From: a virus
Lineage: Duplodnaviria > Heunggongvirae > Uroviricota > Caudoviricetes
DNA length: 64,000 nt
Reading direction: 5' to 3' (one strand)
Virus record (IMG/VR): IMGVR_UViG_2671180890_000004
The translations under genes were made by a program, and so were the position numbers. Positions 9,098 to 18,930 of this stretch are shown one piece after another. The stretch's first letter is position 1; each line of letters starts with the position of its first letter. The notes beneath the pieces are model-generated. The model worked only from the letters and a program-made list of their open reading frames with translations, was not told the DNA's origin and searched no databases.

Positions 9098-12000
9098 CAG
9101 CGGTACTCCTTACGTTGTTTCTGAGCCAGCAGACGCTCCAGCATTTTTTCCAGCTCATGCAGACTCATATTCAGGGCACCAGTCAGTCCTGCAGGCGCTG
9201 TGGTTTCCCTGCCATTGAGGAAAAACTGAGGATTAAAGCTGACCTGGATACCACCAGACGTTCCACCGCCGGTTGCAGCTGCACCACGGCCTGAATATCC
9301 GGCAGCCAGGATTTCAGGCGAGGGGATACGGGGAACATCCGGTGTCATCTCATTTGCCAGACGTTGCCCTGGTAAAATCGATGCCCGGGTGGAGAGCGGA
9401 ATAACGGGCATGGAAGACAAACTATTGATTACGGCTCCGATCGCATTTTTAGCAGACGACATAAACCCATTGATATCGGGCAACGGCATACTGAAGCGAA
9501 CACCTGAAGTGTTATCCCGTATTTCTGGCCCCTGAATGCTCACGGGCATTCTGGGGAGCAGTTCACTGGCCATTCGCTGCCCGGCCAGAGCTGCAAGCGG
9601 AGTGGTCCGCTGCAGGCCAATGGCGGCCCCCTGCGCGATATTGTCACCAAAGCCCATAAACACGCGGCTCGGCGAATGAATGCCCAGCTTTTCGCTGAAC
9701 CAGCCACTGATGCTGTCACCCATTCCGGTTACACTGGATTTGAGCGACTCCCATTTGTTTTTGATACCGTTAATCAGACCGTCGACAAGATGGCCACCGA
9801 AGTCGGTGAACTTTGCCGGCAGATCAACACCAAGATATTTCAGCGCAGCTGCAAAGGCTTTATAGAGCAGACCTGCCGGCGACCAGTTAATCAGCAGCTT
9901 ACCAGTTCCCGCGATACCGCCGTTAAAGGCTTCCTGAATGTCAGCCCAGCACTGTTTAAACCAGCTACTGATGCTGTCACCCATTCCGGTTACACTGGAT
10001 TTGAGCGACCCCCATTTGTTTTTGATACCGTTAATCAGACCGTCGATAAGATGGCCACCGAAGTCGGTGAACTTTGCCGGCAGAGCAACGCCGAAATATT
10101 TCAGCGCAGCCGCAAAGGCTTTATAGAGCAGGCCTGCCGGCGACCAGTTAATCAGCAACTTACCAATTCCCACAATGCCGCCGTTAAAGGCTTCCTGAAT
10201 GTCAGCCCAGCGCTGTTTAAACCAGCTACTGATGCTGTCACCCATTCCGGTTACACTGGATTTGAGCGACCCCCATTTGCTTTTGATACCGTTAATCAGA
10301 CCGTCGATAAGATGGCCACCGAAGTCGGTGAACTTTGCCGGCAGAGCAACGCCGAAATATTTCAGCGCAGCCGCAAAGGCTTTATAGAGCAGGCCTGCCG
10401 GCGACCAGTTAATCAGCAACTTACCAATTCCCACAATGCCGCCGTTAAAGGCTTCCTGAATGTCAGCCCAGCGCTGTTTAAACCAACCACTGACAGCCCC
10501 CCAGTTGCGGTAGATAAGGTAAGCTGCTGTCGCGACAGCGGTGATAACGAGACCGATGGGATTCATCATCAGCGCTCGCCCAATCCAGAGAACGGCACGT
10601 GCAGCGCTCATAAAACCGCGAACGAGGCTGCCCGCCAGAACTTTGCTGAGTTTCAGTCCTCCGCTGGTCAGTCGGCTGAATCCAGTGACAAGCCAGCGTA
10701 ATTTGCCACCTTCTCCGAGTGCGGTAGTCAGTCGATGCCAGTTGGTCCGGAGTAAAACAGTAGTTTTCCAGACGTTCACAAAGGGGGAAATAAGGAGATT
10801 CAGCCCCAGTTTGAGACCAATAGTCGCTATCTTAATCGCAAGGAGCGCACTGATGAGCTTAAAAGCCCCACTGACAAATTGCGGGTGAGTCGCTACCCAG
10901 TGTTTTGTCCCCTGAATGAGTGGGAGCAGTTCCTGAGTCAGAGAAATAAAAGATGGAGCTAATTGATCGCCCAGCGTAATTGCCAGATCGCGACTGCTGA
11001 CCATAAGTGTTTTAGTGGCTTCAAGGGGAGATTTCAGCCGCTGATCATAAGCACTGGCAAGCAAATCGTTATCCGCAGCCCTGAGAGCACCGGCACGGAT
11101 CTCTCGATATCTGTCCATGTTGGCCAGCATCGGGCGGATAAATGCCATGACCTGCATATCCGCGAACATATCGCCCAGACCAAAGTTTTTCGCCAGAGCC
11201 TGAAGTGCCTCATCTCTTGCCGTATCATTCTTTATTTTCATGGCTGATTTGAAGCCGGCCAGCGCTTCGGGGCTTTTGGCATTGAGGTAACGTTCTATAA
11301 CACTCAACATCCCTTCAATCGGAGAGATCCCCGCAGCTTTATAACTCGCAATAGATCCCTGCAAATCAATACCCAGATCAGCAAACTGTTTCTGAGTATC
11401 GCGGGCAAAAATTTTGGTAAGAAAGTTTTTAAAATTATTGGCTGCTTCGTCGGTGGAACCTGCACCGATTTTTGCTATCTGGAGACTGGCCCCGATTTCA
11501 GCAACAGCCTCTTTTCCACTGGCAAGACCCGCCATCATTGGGGCCAGGGACTGCATCCACTTGACCTGATCCGGGATTTCAAATGACCCCTGGTCACCGG
11601 CATAAGCCATAATATTCTGAACGGCACCAAAATCTCTGGCCGCACCTTTCAGGGAGTTTTGCCAGACTGCGGCCACTTTTGCCCAGTCCTGAGCAGACGT
11701 GCGTGTTGCCGTTGCCGCGCGGGCAATATCCGGCATCAGAAAACCGATATCTGACACATTATCAATATTGTCGCTGATGAGTGAACCCACCGCCTCCTGC
11801 AGCTCATCCTGATACTGATTGTATTTAAGCGCCCAGCCTTTTATCTGTCCGGCAAGTGCATCCCGCGTTTTATTGTCATATTTTGCGGTGATCGACATAT
11901 CAATCATTTTGTCCTGAAAAGACATGGACTGCTGAACGGCAGGGGAAACCGTATGATAAACAGTCTGTGCCATGCCATACGCTTCAATCCCCTGACCATA

Positions 12001-12309
12001 CAGCGCCATGCGGTTAGCTTTCAGCGCATCACTGGTAGCGGATGCCGCTGACAGACGGCGCTGCTGGCGCTCAATTTGCTCCATGGTGCGGCTTACCCGC
12101 AGCAGCTCGCTGTTGAGATGCTGCATCCGGGAAGAACCCAGTTGACCATAACGTTCTGTTGCACGGGTTAAAGCGTTCTGACGTTCCTGCAGGCGGCGTG
12201 AGGTATCGCTCAGGGAATCAAGCGCACGGCGGGTACCGCTCATTGCAGAACGGAATGTGCTGCCAATCATCCCGCCGATAACAACGCCGACTGAAAACTG
12301 TCCCGACAT
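9097..12309 (-). CDS. Tail tape measure protein
   Basis: 1070 aa, coiled-coil rich, internal tandem 87-aa repeats, follows chaperone pair. Confidence 0.9.
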   Translation of the reverse strand: MSGQFSVGVVIGGMIGSTFRSAMSGTRRALDSLSDTSRRLQERQNALTRATERYGQLGSSRMQHLNSELLRVSRTMEQIERQQRRLSAASATSDALKANRMALYGQGIEAYGMAQTVYHTVSPAVQQSMSFQDKMIDMSITAKYDNKTRDALAGQIKGWALKYNQYQDELQEAVGSLISDNIDNVSDIGFLMPDIARAATATRTSAQDWAKVAAVWQNSLKGAARDFGAVQNIMAYAGDQGSFEIPDQVKWMQSLAPMMAGLASGKEAVAEIGASLQIAKIGAGSTDEAANNFKNFLTKIFARDTQKQFADLGIDLQGSIASYKAAGISPIEGMLSVIERYLNAKSPEALAGFKSAMKIKNDTARDEALQALAKNFGLGDMFADMQVMAFIRPMLANMDRYREIRAGALRAADNDLLASAYDQRLKSPLEATKTLMVSSRDLAITLGDQLAPSFISLTQELLPLIQGTKHWVATHPQFVSGAFKLISALLAIKIATIGLKLGLNLLISPFVNVWKTTVLLRTNWHRLTTALGEGGKLRWLVTGFSRLTSGGLKLSKVLAGSLVRGFMSAARAVLWIGRALMMNPIGLVITAVATAAYLIYRNWGAVSGWFKQRWADIQEAFNGGIVGIGKLLINWSPAGLLYKAFAAALKYFGVALPAKFTDFGGHLIDGLINGIKSKWGSLKSSVTGMGDSISSWFKQRWADIQEAFNGGIVGIGKLLINWSPAGLLYKAFAAALKYFGVALPAKFTDFGGHLIDGLINGIKNKWGSLKSSVTGMGDSISSWFKQCWADIQEAFNGGIAGTGKLLINWSPAGLLYKAFAAALKYLGVDLPAKFTDFGGHLVDGLINGIKNKWESLKSSVTGMGDSISGWFSEKLGIHSPSRVFMGFGDNIAQGAAIGLQRTTPLAALAGQRMASELLPRMPVSIQGPEIRDNTSGVRFSMPLPDINGFMSSAKNAIGAVINSLSSMPVIPLSTRASILPGQRLANEMTPDVPRIPSPEILAAGYSGRGAAATGGGTSGGIQVSFNPQFFLNGRETTAPAGLTGALNMSLHELEKMLERLLAQKQRKEYR
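9690..10480 (-). repeat. Three tandem 261-bp coding repeats inside tape measure gene
   Basis: Protein repeats SSWFKQRWADIQEAFNGGIVGIGKLLINWSPAGLLYKAFAAALKYFGVALPAKFTDFGGHLIDGLINGIK three times; antisense ORFs recur at 261-bp spacing (9938, 10199). Confidence 0.8.
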
Positions 12310-12384
12310 AGTGGTTAACCTCCGGGGAAGGTGAAAAGACGTGAGGGGATAACGCAGAACAGCCGCTACTGGCGGCTGTCTGTA

Positions 12385-12642
12385 CTATGATTTGTCGCCG
12401 TACTCGCTTTTGATTTGCTCTTCAGCCTGCTCCAGCCACATCTCCAGATCGTCAGTATCGAGGGCATCAATCTCCCCCGGCTGAAACCGGAACCATCTCG
12501 CCAGCAGCCCCTGCGCCTGCGTCAGCGCCCTGGTTGCTCTCACCCATCCCCGTGATGAGCTGAAATCGTTTCTGTAACTGCAGGTAATCAGCCAGATCCA
12601 TATTGTCGAGATCTTCCGGGAGAAGACCAGTACTGCGGGCAA
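12385..12642 (-). CDS. Alternative-frame extension of tail assembly chaperone (GT/E+E'-like frameshift product)
   Basis: ORF overlaps the 3' part of the chaperone gene in a different frame and ends just before the tape measure gene. Confidence 0.55.
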   Translation of the reverse strand: MPAVLVFSRKISTIWIWLITCSYRNDFSSSRGWVRATRALTQAQGLLARWFRFQPGEIDALDTDDLEMWLEQAEEQIKSEYGDKS

Positions 12643-12802
12643 TCAGCGGTTCGTCCCAGTCTGCCGGGTTTTTGCTGATTTTGCGCACCTGCTTCAGGTC
12701 TTTTACCGTCAGGCGTTTCAGTTCAACCAGCTCAATTCTGGTGCCTGCAGCAGTGGTGAAGGGATAAGACAATTTAAAAGTATCGGATGGGGTCTGTGAC
12801 AT
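12467..12802 (-). CDS. Tail assembly chaperone (G/E-like)
   Basis: 111 aa directly upstream of tape measure gene with an overlapping alternative-frame ORF. Confidence 0.7.
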   Translation of the reverse strand: MSQTPSDTFKLSYPFTTAAGTRIELVELKRLTVKDLKQVRKISKNPADWDEPLIARSTGLLPEDLDNMDLADYLQLQKRFQLITGMGESNQGADAGAGAAGEMVPVSAGGD

Positions 12803-12899
12803 GATTGTGCTCCTGTGTAAGTTCAGGGCAGTATGTCGGGAGAAGCGCGTGACGGATATTAAAGGAGATTAAGAAGAAGGGGCCGGAGCCCCTGTGATG

Positions 12900-13181
12900 T
12901 CAGCAAGTGCGAAACCCCTTGCAGTTACGCAGGAAAGCGATGAGAAGCGTCTTTCCCTCAGATTTGCCGATGCCGGAGAACCAGTGGTCGGGAGGCTCCC
13001 ATGCTTCAATCAAATCCGCCAGTTTGCGGGCCTTTGAACGTGTGCAGTCAATCGGGTCATTGGTTTTACGGGTATTAAAAAGGGTTTCCACCCCCGGAAT
13101 ATCAAGGAGGGTAAACCACGTACCATTTGACATGCCCAGTGCCGCACATCGTCCTCCTTTATCCGTCAGTTCAACACTCAC
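12900..13181 (-). CDS. Hypothetical 93-aa protein between tail tube and chaperone genes
   Basis: Start overlaps tail tube stop; no recognisable motif. Confidence 0.35.
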   Translation of the reverse strand: MSVELTDKGGRCAALGMSNGTWFTLLDIPGVETLFNTRKTNDPIDCTRSKARKLADLIEAWEPPDHWFSGIGKSEGKTLLIAFLRNCKGFRTC

Positions 13182-13183
13182 CG

Positions 13184-13705
13184 TCAGCCCCCGATATTGA
13201 TACGGTAGTCAGTCAGTTGATCAACACCGCCGACCCGGAAGATGTTGGCCAGATAGTCCAGTTGCAGCAGCTCTTCACCATCCAGTACCTGTCTGATATA
13301 CGTGCAGGTGAAGCTACTGGAGAACTCGGCGTTCTCGTGCTGTTTGAACGTCCCCAGCGGGTTCTTCTTGAACATAATCGTCAGGAAGGTGACCAGCGGG
13401 ATTTCGTCAATCAGCCCCTGCGAGCTGTAGCGCTGGACGCTGGAACGACACTGCAGTGCCAGCGACCTGTACGGGTTCGCGGCAGACAGCATCGCATCGC
13501 GGTAAAAGCTGTTCCATTTGATTTCGCCTTCCAGCTTGTCAAAACCAGCCGGGAGTTCCACCTTACCCACCATCCCCAGCGCCTTGTGTTCCTGCATAAT
13601 CATGGAGACATCGGGGAGTTTGACTTCCTCAGCCCGTCCCAGCAGGTTAGTACCATCCAGATAGATGTTGGCATTCGTGATGCGGTTTATCTCAATCTTT
13701 GACAT
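13184..13705 (-). CDS. Tail tube protein
   Basis: 173 aa immediately downstream of sheath gene. Confidence 0.8.
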   Translation of the reverse strand: MSKIEINRITNANIYLDGTNLLGRAEEVKLPDVSMIMQEHKALGMVGKVELPAGFDKLEGEIKWNSFYRDAMLSAANPYRSLALQCRSSVQRYSSQGLIDEIPLVTFLTIMFKKNPLGTFKQHENAEFSSSFTCTYIRQVLDGEELLQLDYLANIFRVGGVDQLTDYRINIGG

Positions 13706-15132
13706 CAGTTGCCCCCTTTCAGGGTTAACAGGTATTCCGAGGTGATCTCAGTCTCAAACGTCAGTCGCTCCAGCGGCGGTGGTGGCGTATATTTGTAGCT
13801 CAGCAACAGGTGCCCGGCGGCCAGCTCCGTCTCCGGATTGCGGGCCGGATCAAACCAGCAACGGAAGCCCAGTACCGCACCATCACCAGTCATTTTGCGA
13901 CCGTAGGCGTTGACCGACTCCGTCAGTGCATCAATCAGCGCCTGAGTAATCGGCATGTCGATGTACTGCTGGCTGAAATAACGAATGGACTCGTTGATCA
14001 CATCACCGGTGCGGCGAACGTTCTCAAAGTTACGCATATGGGTGACCGTTGGCCATGCTGCCGTCCGGTTACCCCACAGACGAAGGCCGCTGCCGTAACT
14101 GCTGAATACCGTGGTGATCCCCTGTTCGTTAAGCAGGTTCACCTCACTCTGCGGGTCATCAATCATCGCGGACAGCTGGCGCTCCACGCCGGTGATCCCC
14201 AGAATCTCCTGATTGGAGGATGACCACCAGTAGCCCTTGTCCAGATCGACTCTGGCACGCAGACCTGCTGCACGCTGGCTGAGCGGCTCCAAACGCTCTG
14301 TGTTTGTCACCGGGTCATATACCTTCACATGCGGATAGCACAGACGGACGCGGTCGGAGCTGGTATTGAAGTTGATGGTGCCTTCCGGGCCACGACCTGC
14401 CAGAGCCTGTGCAAAGGTGGTACCGACAGGCGCATCAATGTAGGTTACCGCGCCCAGCTTCTCTGCCATGGCGATAAGCTCAACTGCGACACTCTTCTGG
14501 GTGCAGAACACCGGCGCAATCAGAATTTTGGCGAAATAGCCGTACAGGTTGAAGCTGTCGTTAAGCAGCTTCATGCCGGTTCGGTTTCCGGCGCTGTTCA
14601 CCCCGCCGATGATGTCCGCCGCAGTCACCTTCGACGGGTCCGCGTACTCATAGCTCACCTTCACGCTGCCACCGGCCTCAATAGCCTTGCCCAGGTTCGT
14701 GAGCACACCCGCCTGCGCATCAACACGGTAGTCCGTGTTCGCCGTGTGGGTGGTGCTGCCTTCACTGTTTTTCACCACCACATTAGCGACAACCGGATGC
14801 GCCAGTCTGGCCTGCCCTGTCGATTTGTCAAAGGTAACCACCTCATCCTCGATCGCCGTTTTATGTTTCGCCGGGTCGAGGACGTTAATGACCAGAACGG
14901 TGCCTGCACCATGGTCATAAATCGCATCCAGCGCCTGCGGAATGGTAAAGCCGGTGAACTGGCTGCCAAATGCCGCTGCGTCTTTCTCAGACAGGCACTG
15001 TACCAGCGTATTGACATCCCCCATCGGGGCGGTACCAATCAGGCCAATAACGGCAGATTTCACCGTTTTAACCGGGCGGGCACCGTTTTCCACCTCAATG
15101 GTTTCGGGACCATGCAGATAGTTAGCTGCCAT
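13705..15132 (-). CDS. Tail sheath protein
   Basis: 475 aa, contractile sheath size, precedes tube gene. Confidence 0.85.
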   Translation of the reverse strand: MAANYLHGPETIEVENGARPVKTVKSAVIGLIGTAPMGDVNTLVQCLSEKDAAAFGSQFTGFTIPQALDAIYDHGAGTVLVINVLDPAKHKTAIEDEVVTFDKSTGQARLAHPVVANVVVKNSEGSTTHTANTDYRVDAQAGVLTNLGKAIEAGGSVKVSYEYADPSKVTAADIIGGVNSAGNRTGMKLLNDSFNLYGYFAKILIAPVFCTQKSVAVELIAMAEKLGAVTYIDAPVGTTFAQALAGRGPEGTINFNTSSDRVRLCYPHVKVYDPVTNTERLEPLSQRAAGLRARVDLDKGYWWSSSNQEILGITGVERQLSAMIDDPQSEVNLLNEQGITTVFSSYGSGLRLWGNRTAAWPTVTHMRNFENVRRTGDVINESIRYFSQQYIDMPITQALIDALTESVNAYGRKMTGDGAVLGFRCWFDPARNPETELAAGHLLLSYKYTPPPPLERLTFETEITSEYLLTLKGGN

Positions 15133-15376
15133 GGGTGTCCTCCGTTTTCACTTCGCTGTCACTGCTGCTTCTGCGCTTTGGTGACTGCACAGCCGGTGTG
15201 CCGGCGGGTTTAGTCTCTTCAGGTACCGGCGTCAGATGTTTCAGCGCCACCAGTACCTTCACGTAGTCATGCTCCTCCGGCAGGGAAACCGTCTTCCCCG
15301 GCCAGAGCAGGATTTCGGTTCCGTCCGACAGCGTGACGCCGCTGGCCGGGCCGGAATAGCGGTATTCTTTCATCAC
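15122..15376 (-). CDS. Hypothetical small virion-module protein
   Basis: 84 aa between head-completion genes and sheath gene. Confidence 0.45.
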   Translation of the reverse strand: MMKEYRYSGPASGVTLSDGTEILLWPGKTVSLPEEHDYVKVLVALKHLTPVPEETKPAGTPAVQSPKRRSSSDSEVKTEDTHGS

Positions 15377-15837
15377 TCGCTTTCCTCATAGTTCACTTCG
15401 GTTAACAGCGGGCCGGACGGTAAATCGCTGTCTTCGATAAAGACGCTTTCAGTCGCGAAGTCGAGGGCGTACTGCCACAGCCCCCTGACTTCACCGATAA
15501 ACACCTCGCGGGTCAGCCAGATACGGCGGCGGCAGCCGGGCGGGGTGTGGCCACCGAGAATGCGGCGGACAGCATCCAGGACATTAATCGCCCCTTTTTT
15601 ACCGTTGAGCTGGCGGAAGACCACCGTGACGCAGAGCTGGATAGTCTGAGACTGGATCACCGCACCGGTATCATCCGGCCTGTCAAAGCGCGAACCGGCA
15701 TAGCTCAACAGCAACGCGCCAACCGGATGGTTCAGGCGATATTCAGCCGGTTTCTCCGGGAAGTACTCCACCTGCAGTTGCGGCAGCTTCTCGCGTAACC
15801 GGGCCAGTACCGCATCAAGGACGGGCAGAACGTTCAT
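15373..15837 (-). CDS. Mu gp37-like head/tail completion protein
   Basis: 154 aa, position after gp36-like gene. Confidence 0.55.
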   Translation of the reverse strand: MNVLPVLDAVLARLREKLPQLQVEYFPEKPAEYRLNHPVGALLLSYAGSRFDRPDDTGAVIQSQTIQLCVTVVFRQLNGKKGAINVLDAVRRILGGHTPPGCRRRIWLTREVFIGEVRGLWQYALDFATESVFIEDSDLPSGPLLTEVNYEESE

Positions 15838-16283
15838 CAGTATTTCTCCAGTAAACCGTCACGACCGCCGAAAGTAGCCGGGCGACTGCGTACACGAAAC
15901 TCGCCAGGCTCAGGCACATCTTTCTGAGTGGACGGCAGCCCCAGCGTGAGCCTGTTATCACGTAACTCCCTGAGTTGCCGCAGCGCTTCTTTGTGGTCAT
16001 CCTTCACCGTATCCGGGAGGTCACCTTCCGGGCGGCGGGCGTAGAGCCGGTAACGGACCAGCGTGATGGCAATGTCCCGCAGAACAGTCGGTATCTCTGC
16101 CAGTGGCAGGATATAGCGTCCGCGCAGATGGGCATCAATCAGCTCGTCGGCATAGCGGATACAGCTGTCCACCACACGGGTATTCACTGTTGCAGGTGAG
16201 TCGAAGTCCATCTCTTCACTGGTGAGCTCGATAAGCGTCCGCTCCGGCACCTGCGCAAGCAAATCCTCCAGGGTGCAGTACAT
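15837..16283 (-). CDS. Mu gp36-like protein
   Basis: Start moved to internal Met MYCTLEDLL, clearing the upstream gene; position after major head gene. Confidence 0.55.
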   Translation of the reverse strand: MYCTLEDLLAQVPERTLIELTSEEMDFDSPATVNTRVVDSCIRYADELIDAHLRGRYILPLAEIPTVLRDIAITLVRYRLYARRPEGDLPDTVKDDHKEALRQLRELRDNRLTLGLPSTQKDVPEPGEFRVRSRPATFGGRDGLLEKY

Positions 16284-16284
16284 G

Positions 16285-16623
16285 TCACACCCCGCGCAGG
16301 ATACGAATGACGTCGCCTTCACCCCCGGCTTCATCAAGTGCAATACCACAGGATTTACCGTCGCCGGACTGCGGCACGGCTCTGGCCTGAGCATCTGACT
16401 GAACAGCCACACCACGGCTGACAGCGGCCCCGGCCTCGACAGCAATAATGCCCAGAACGCTCACCGGCGTGCTGTCGCCGGTAACAGCATCCACTTCGGC
16501 AACCCCGAGCGCTGCGGCACCGGCTTTACAGGGGGTATTATCTGCCCCGACAAAACGCTGCTGTGCCAGTGCTGCCCCTGCCGTTACGGTTGTGATCAGA
16601 ATGACCTGCTGAGTGGTTCCCAT
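16285..16623 (-). CDS. Hypothetical head-associated protein (Ala/Gly-rich)
   Basis: 112 aa immediately after major capsid gene. Confidence 0.45.
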   Translation of the reverse strand: MGTTQQVILITTVTAGAALAQQRFVGADNTPCKAGAAALGVAEVDAVTGDSTPVSVLGIIAVEAGAAVSRGVAVQSDAQARAVPQSGDGKSCGIALDEAGGEGDVIRILRGV

Positions 16624-16632
16624 AACGCCTCC

Positions 16633-17586
16633 TTATTTACTGATACCGGTAATGAGATACCCGGCATCGCCACCAACCACGGCGACTTTGTAGATATCGG
16701 TATAACGGCAGTACTTCACCTTGCCACCGGCTCCGTCGTATTTGTCGGCAACAGGCATCCCCTTACGACGCAGGGTGTAGCCGAAGGACGGCTCGTTCTC
16801 GTCCGCGCTGTCCGCCCCCGGCTGCGGTTTGCCGACATAGTGCAGCATCAGATTGTCTCCCCAGATATCCGCCGGCACGCTGTTCTTATCCATTGCCGCT
16901 TTCATGGACGGCAGGGAGACTGGGGCACCGATGACGATCTCTTCGATCTGAAAGAGGTCCTGCAGGATTTCTGTGGTGATGCGCTTGCGTTCGTTGGCTC
17001 CGATGGCGGCCTGAATCGCCGGGTGGAACTTCAGCAGCGCCATCACGCCGGCCCCCATGGTCATCAGGTTAGGACGCAGCCCCGTGGCCGTACGGACCGC
17101 TTCCATACCGGCTTCAATCACCCCGATGGGGTCCCCCTTACCACCGGCCCAGCGATCACTGGCTGTCAGTTTTTTGACGTGCCCGGTACGGTAGACCTTT
17201 TCATCCTGAGCCAGACGGGCAGCGATAAGTTCACGGCGCAGGTTCACGCCATTCGTGGCGCGACGGATGGCCTTGCTCTCTTCGTTAAACATGGACTCCG
17301 CCTGCTCGCGATAGTCCACCGGCGCAGCCAGATCGTGTTCACCCAGCACCAGGTCCAGCGTGCCTGTTTTTTCACGGACCAGAACATTGCTGTCCGCCCC
17401 GACGGCACGCTCGGTGTCATATTCCACAAAGGCGGTTTTCCCGAAGGTCGGTACACGCACGCCTTCCTTGTCCGTCAGCACGACGGGGAAAATACGTTCG
17501 CCGATGAATGCGGCATTTTTATAGCCACGGGCGATACTGGTCAGTACCGGATCAACGACACGTTTACCTTTTAAGTAATCAGACAT
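16633..17586 (-). CDS. Major capsid protein (Mu T-like)
   Basis: 317 aa following protease/scaffold gene. Confidence 0.8.
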   Translation of the reverse strand: MSDYLKGKRVVDPVLTSIARGYKNAAFIGERIFPVVLTDKEGVRVPTFGKTAFVEYDTERAVGADSNVLVREKTGTLDLVLGEHDLAAPVDYREQAESMFNEESKAIRRATNGVNLRRELIAARLAQDEKVYRTGHVKKLTASDRWAGGKGDPIGVIEAGMEAVRTATGLRPNLMTMGAGVMALLKFHPAIQAAIGANERKRITTEILQDLFQIEEIVIGAPVSLPSMKAAMDKNSVPADIWGDNLMLHYVGKPQPGADSADENEPSFGYTLRRKGMPVADKYDGAGGKVKYCRYTDIYKVAVVGGDAGYLITGISK

Positions 17587-17600
17587 GCTCTCTCCTTAAA

Positions 17601-18716
17601 TTACAGGCAGCGTGCGACAGCAGCCTCATAGCTGATGCCTTCTTTTTTGGACAGGGCCACTGCTTTCTGATGCAGGGCCAGACGCTCAGGATCGGCTTCC
17701 GCAAACTCTGCCACATCCACCTTCACCGTGTCGCCGACACGCTCTTTTGTGGCCTGTTCGGCGAAATTCATCACCGGCTCCCCGTCGGAGAGCAATGAAC
17801 GAAAGGCGGTGGCCAGCGGTGTGCGGCTTTCCCCCTCAGCAAACTCCACCGGCTTGTCGCCACCGGCGACGGCATCCAGCAGGGCAACCACCACGGAGGA
17901 GGCGCGGGGAGCCAGACGGCCCTCTGCGACCAGTTTTTCTGCAAAGGCCACATTGTCCTTATGCAGTTGCTCCTGTCTGACCTGTGCATCACGCGCATCG
18001 CGATCAGCAGCCTGCTGCTTCAGGCGGCGGTTCTCCTCCTGAAGGGCTTCAATCTCTTCTTTTGTCATCGATGATTCCTCGTTACTTGCGGAAGACGGCC
18101 CCGGGCCTGTCTCACTGAATTGTGCACCTGCTGCATCCTGCGACAGTGTGTCGCGGTACGCCTCTTCGCGCAGACTGTTGAGCTGCCATTCCGGCAGGAC
18201 TTTTTCTGCCTCGTCCAGACTGAAGCGGGCGATCAGAAAATCGCGCAGCTTTCCCCACAGGGAGGCATTCGTGATGGCCTGCCAGTCGGCGAACTCCACC
18301 ACACCTTCTTCCTGCTCACTGAAGGACACCTGTTTCAGCCCCTTGACGGAAGGTGGCTGTGCCCCGAGAAAGCCCACATGGCGAAGGTAGAGCACGCCGG
18401 GCTTCGGATTGGACGGTGAATCCGGGAGGTAGAAAGAGGCGGACACTTTTTTGAATCGTCCGTCGGTGACCATCTCAGCAAACTGCGGGTCCAGCTGGGC
18501 AGGCTCTGCCATCAGATCGACGCCGCTGAGCGACAGGGCTTTCACCCAGCCCCACGCCGGGTCTTCCGTTCTGGGATGACCAATCACGAGTGGTGCTTCA
18601 TGGACGGACGGGTCATAGGCTTTCACGCAGGCGGCAAGATCGTCTGGCGTGAACGGCAGTTTTTTGCCGTGCATATCGGTATGAGTACCGGCTTTAAAAA
18701 TGTGAATGGCTGACAT
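17601..18716 (-). CDS. Head maturation protease/scaffold (Mu I-like)
   Basis: 371 aa; acidic coiled-coil C-terminal region. Confidence 0.75.
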   Translation of the reverse strand: MSAIHIFKAGTHTDMHGKKLPFTPDDLAACVKAYDPSVHEAPLVIGHPRTEDPAWGWVKALSLSGVDLMAEPAQLDPQFAEMVTDGRFKKVSASFYLPDSPSNPKPGVLYLRHVGFLGAQPPSVKGLKQVSFSEQEEGVVEFADWQAITNASLWGKLRDFLIARFSLDEAEKVLPEWQLNSLREEAYRDTLSQDAAGAQFSETGPGPSSASNEESSMTKEEIEALQEENRRLKQQAADRDARDAQVRQEQLHKDNVAFAEKLVAEGRLAPRASSVVVALLDAVAGGDKPVEFAEGESRTPLATAFRSLLSDGEPVMNFAEQATKERVGDTVKVDVAEFAEADPERLALHQKAVALSKKEGISYEAAVARCL

Positions 18717-18930
18717 TTTGCTGTCCCGCGTTATGTTGTCGGAGACAGTTTGTGAGAAATGCAGGCCCGGCGATTTTAATCTGCTTTAGAAAACATCAGG
18801 GGAGAAGGACAGGGAAAGCAATGCGGTGAACCGGAGGCGGTTATAAAACAGAGGCTGTAAAGCCTTTATAAAGGTAATACAGCCCCTCATTCGCTGGCAA
18901 TGATAAATCACCCGCCTGAAGAGAGAAAAC

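Noticed and set aside
9676-10701. 341-aa plus-strand ORF and repeated 62-aa ORFs antisense to the tape measure gene
   Set aside because: Lie entirely antisense within a well-supported gene; their repetition follows the 261-bp coding repeats
16840-17574. 244-aa plus-strand ORF
   Set aside because: Antisense to the major capsid gene
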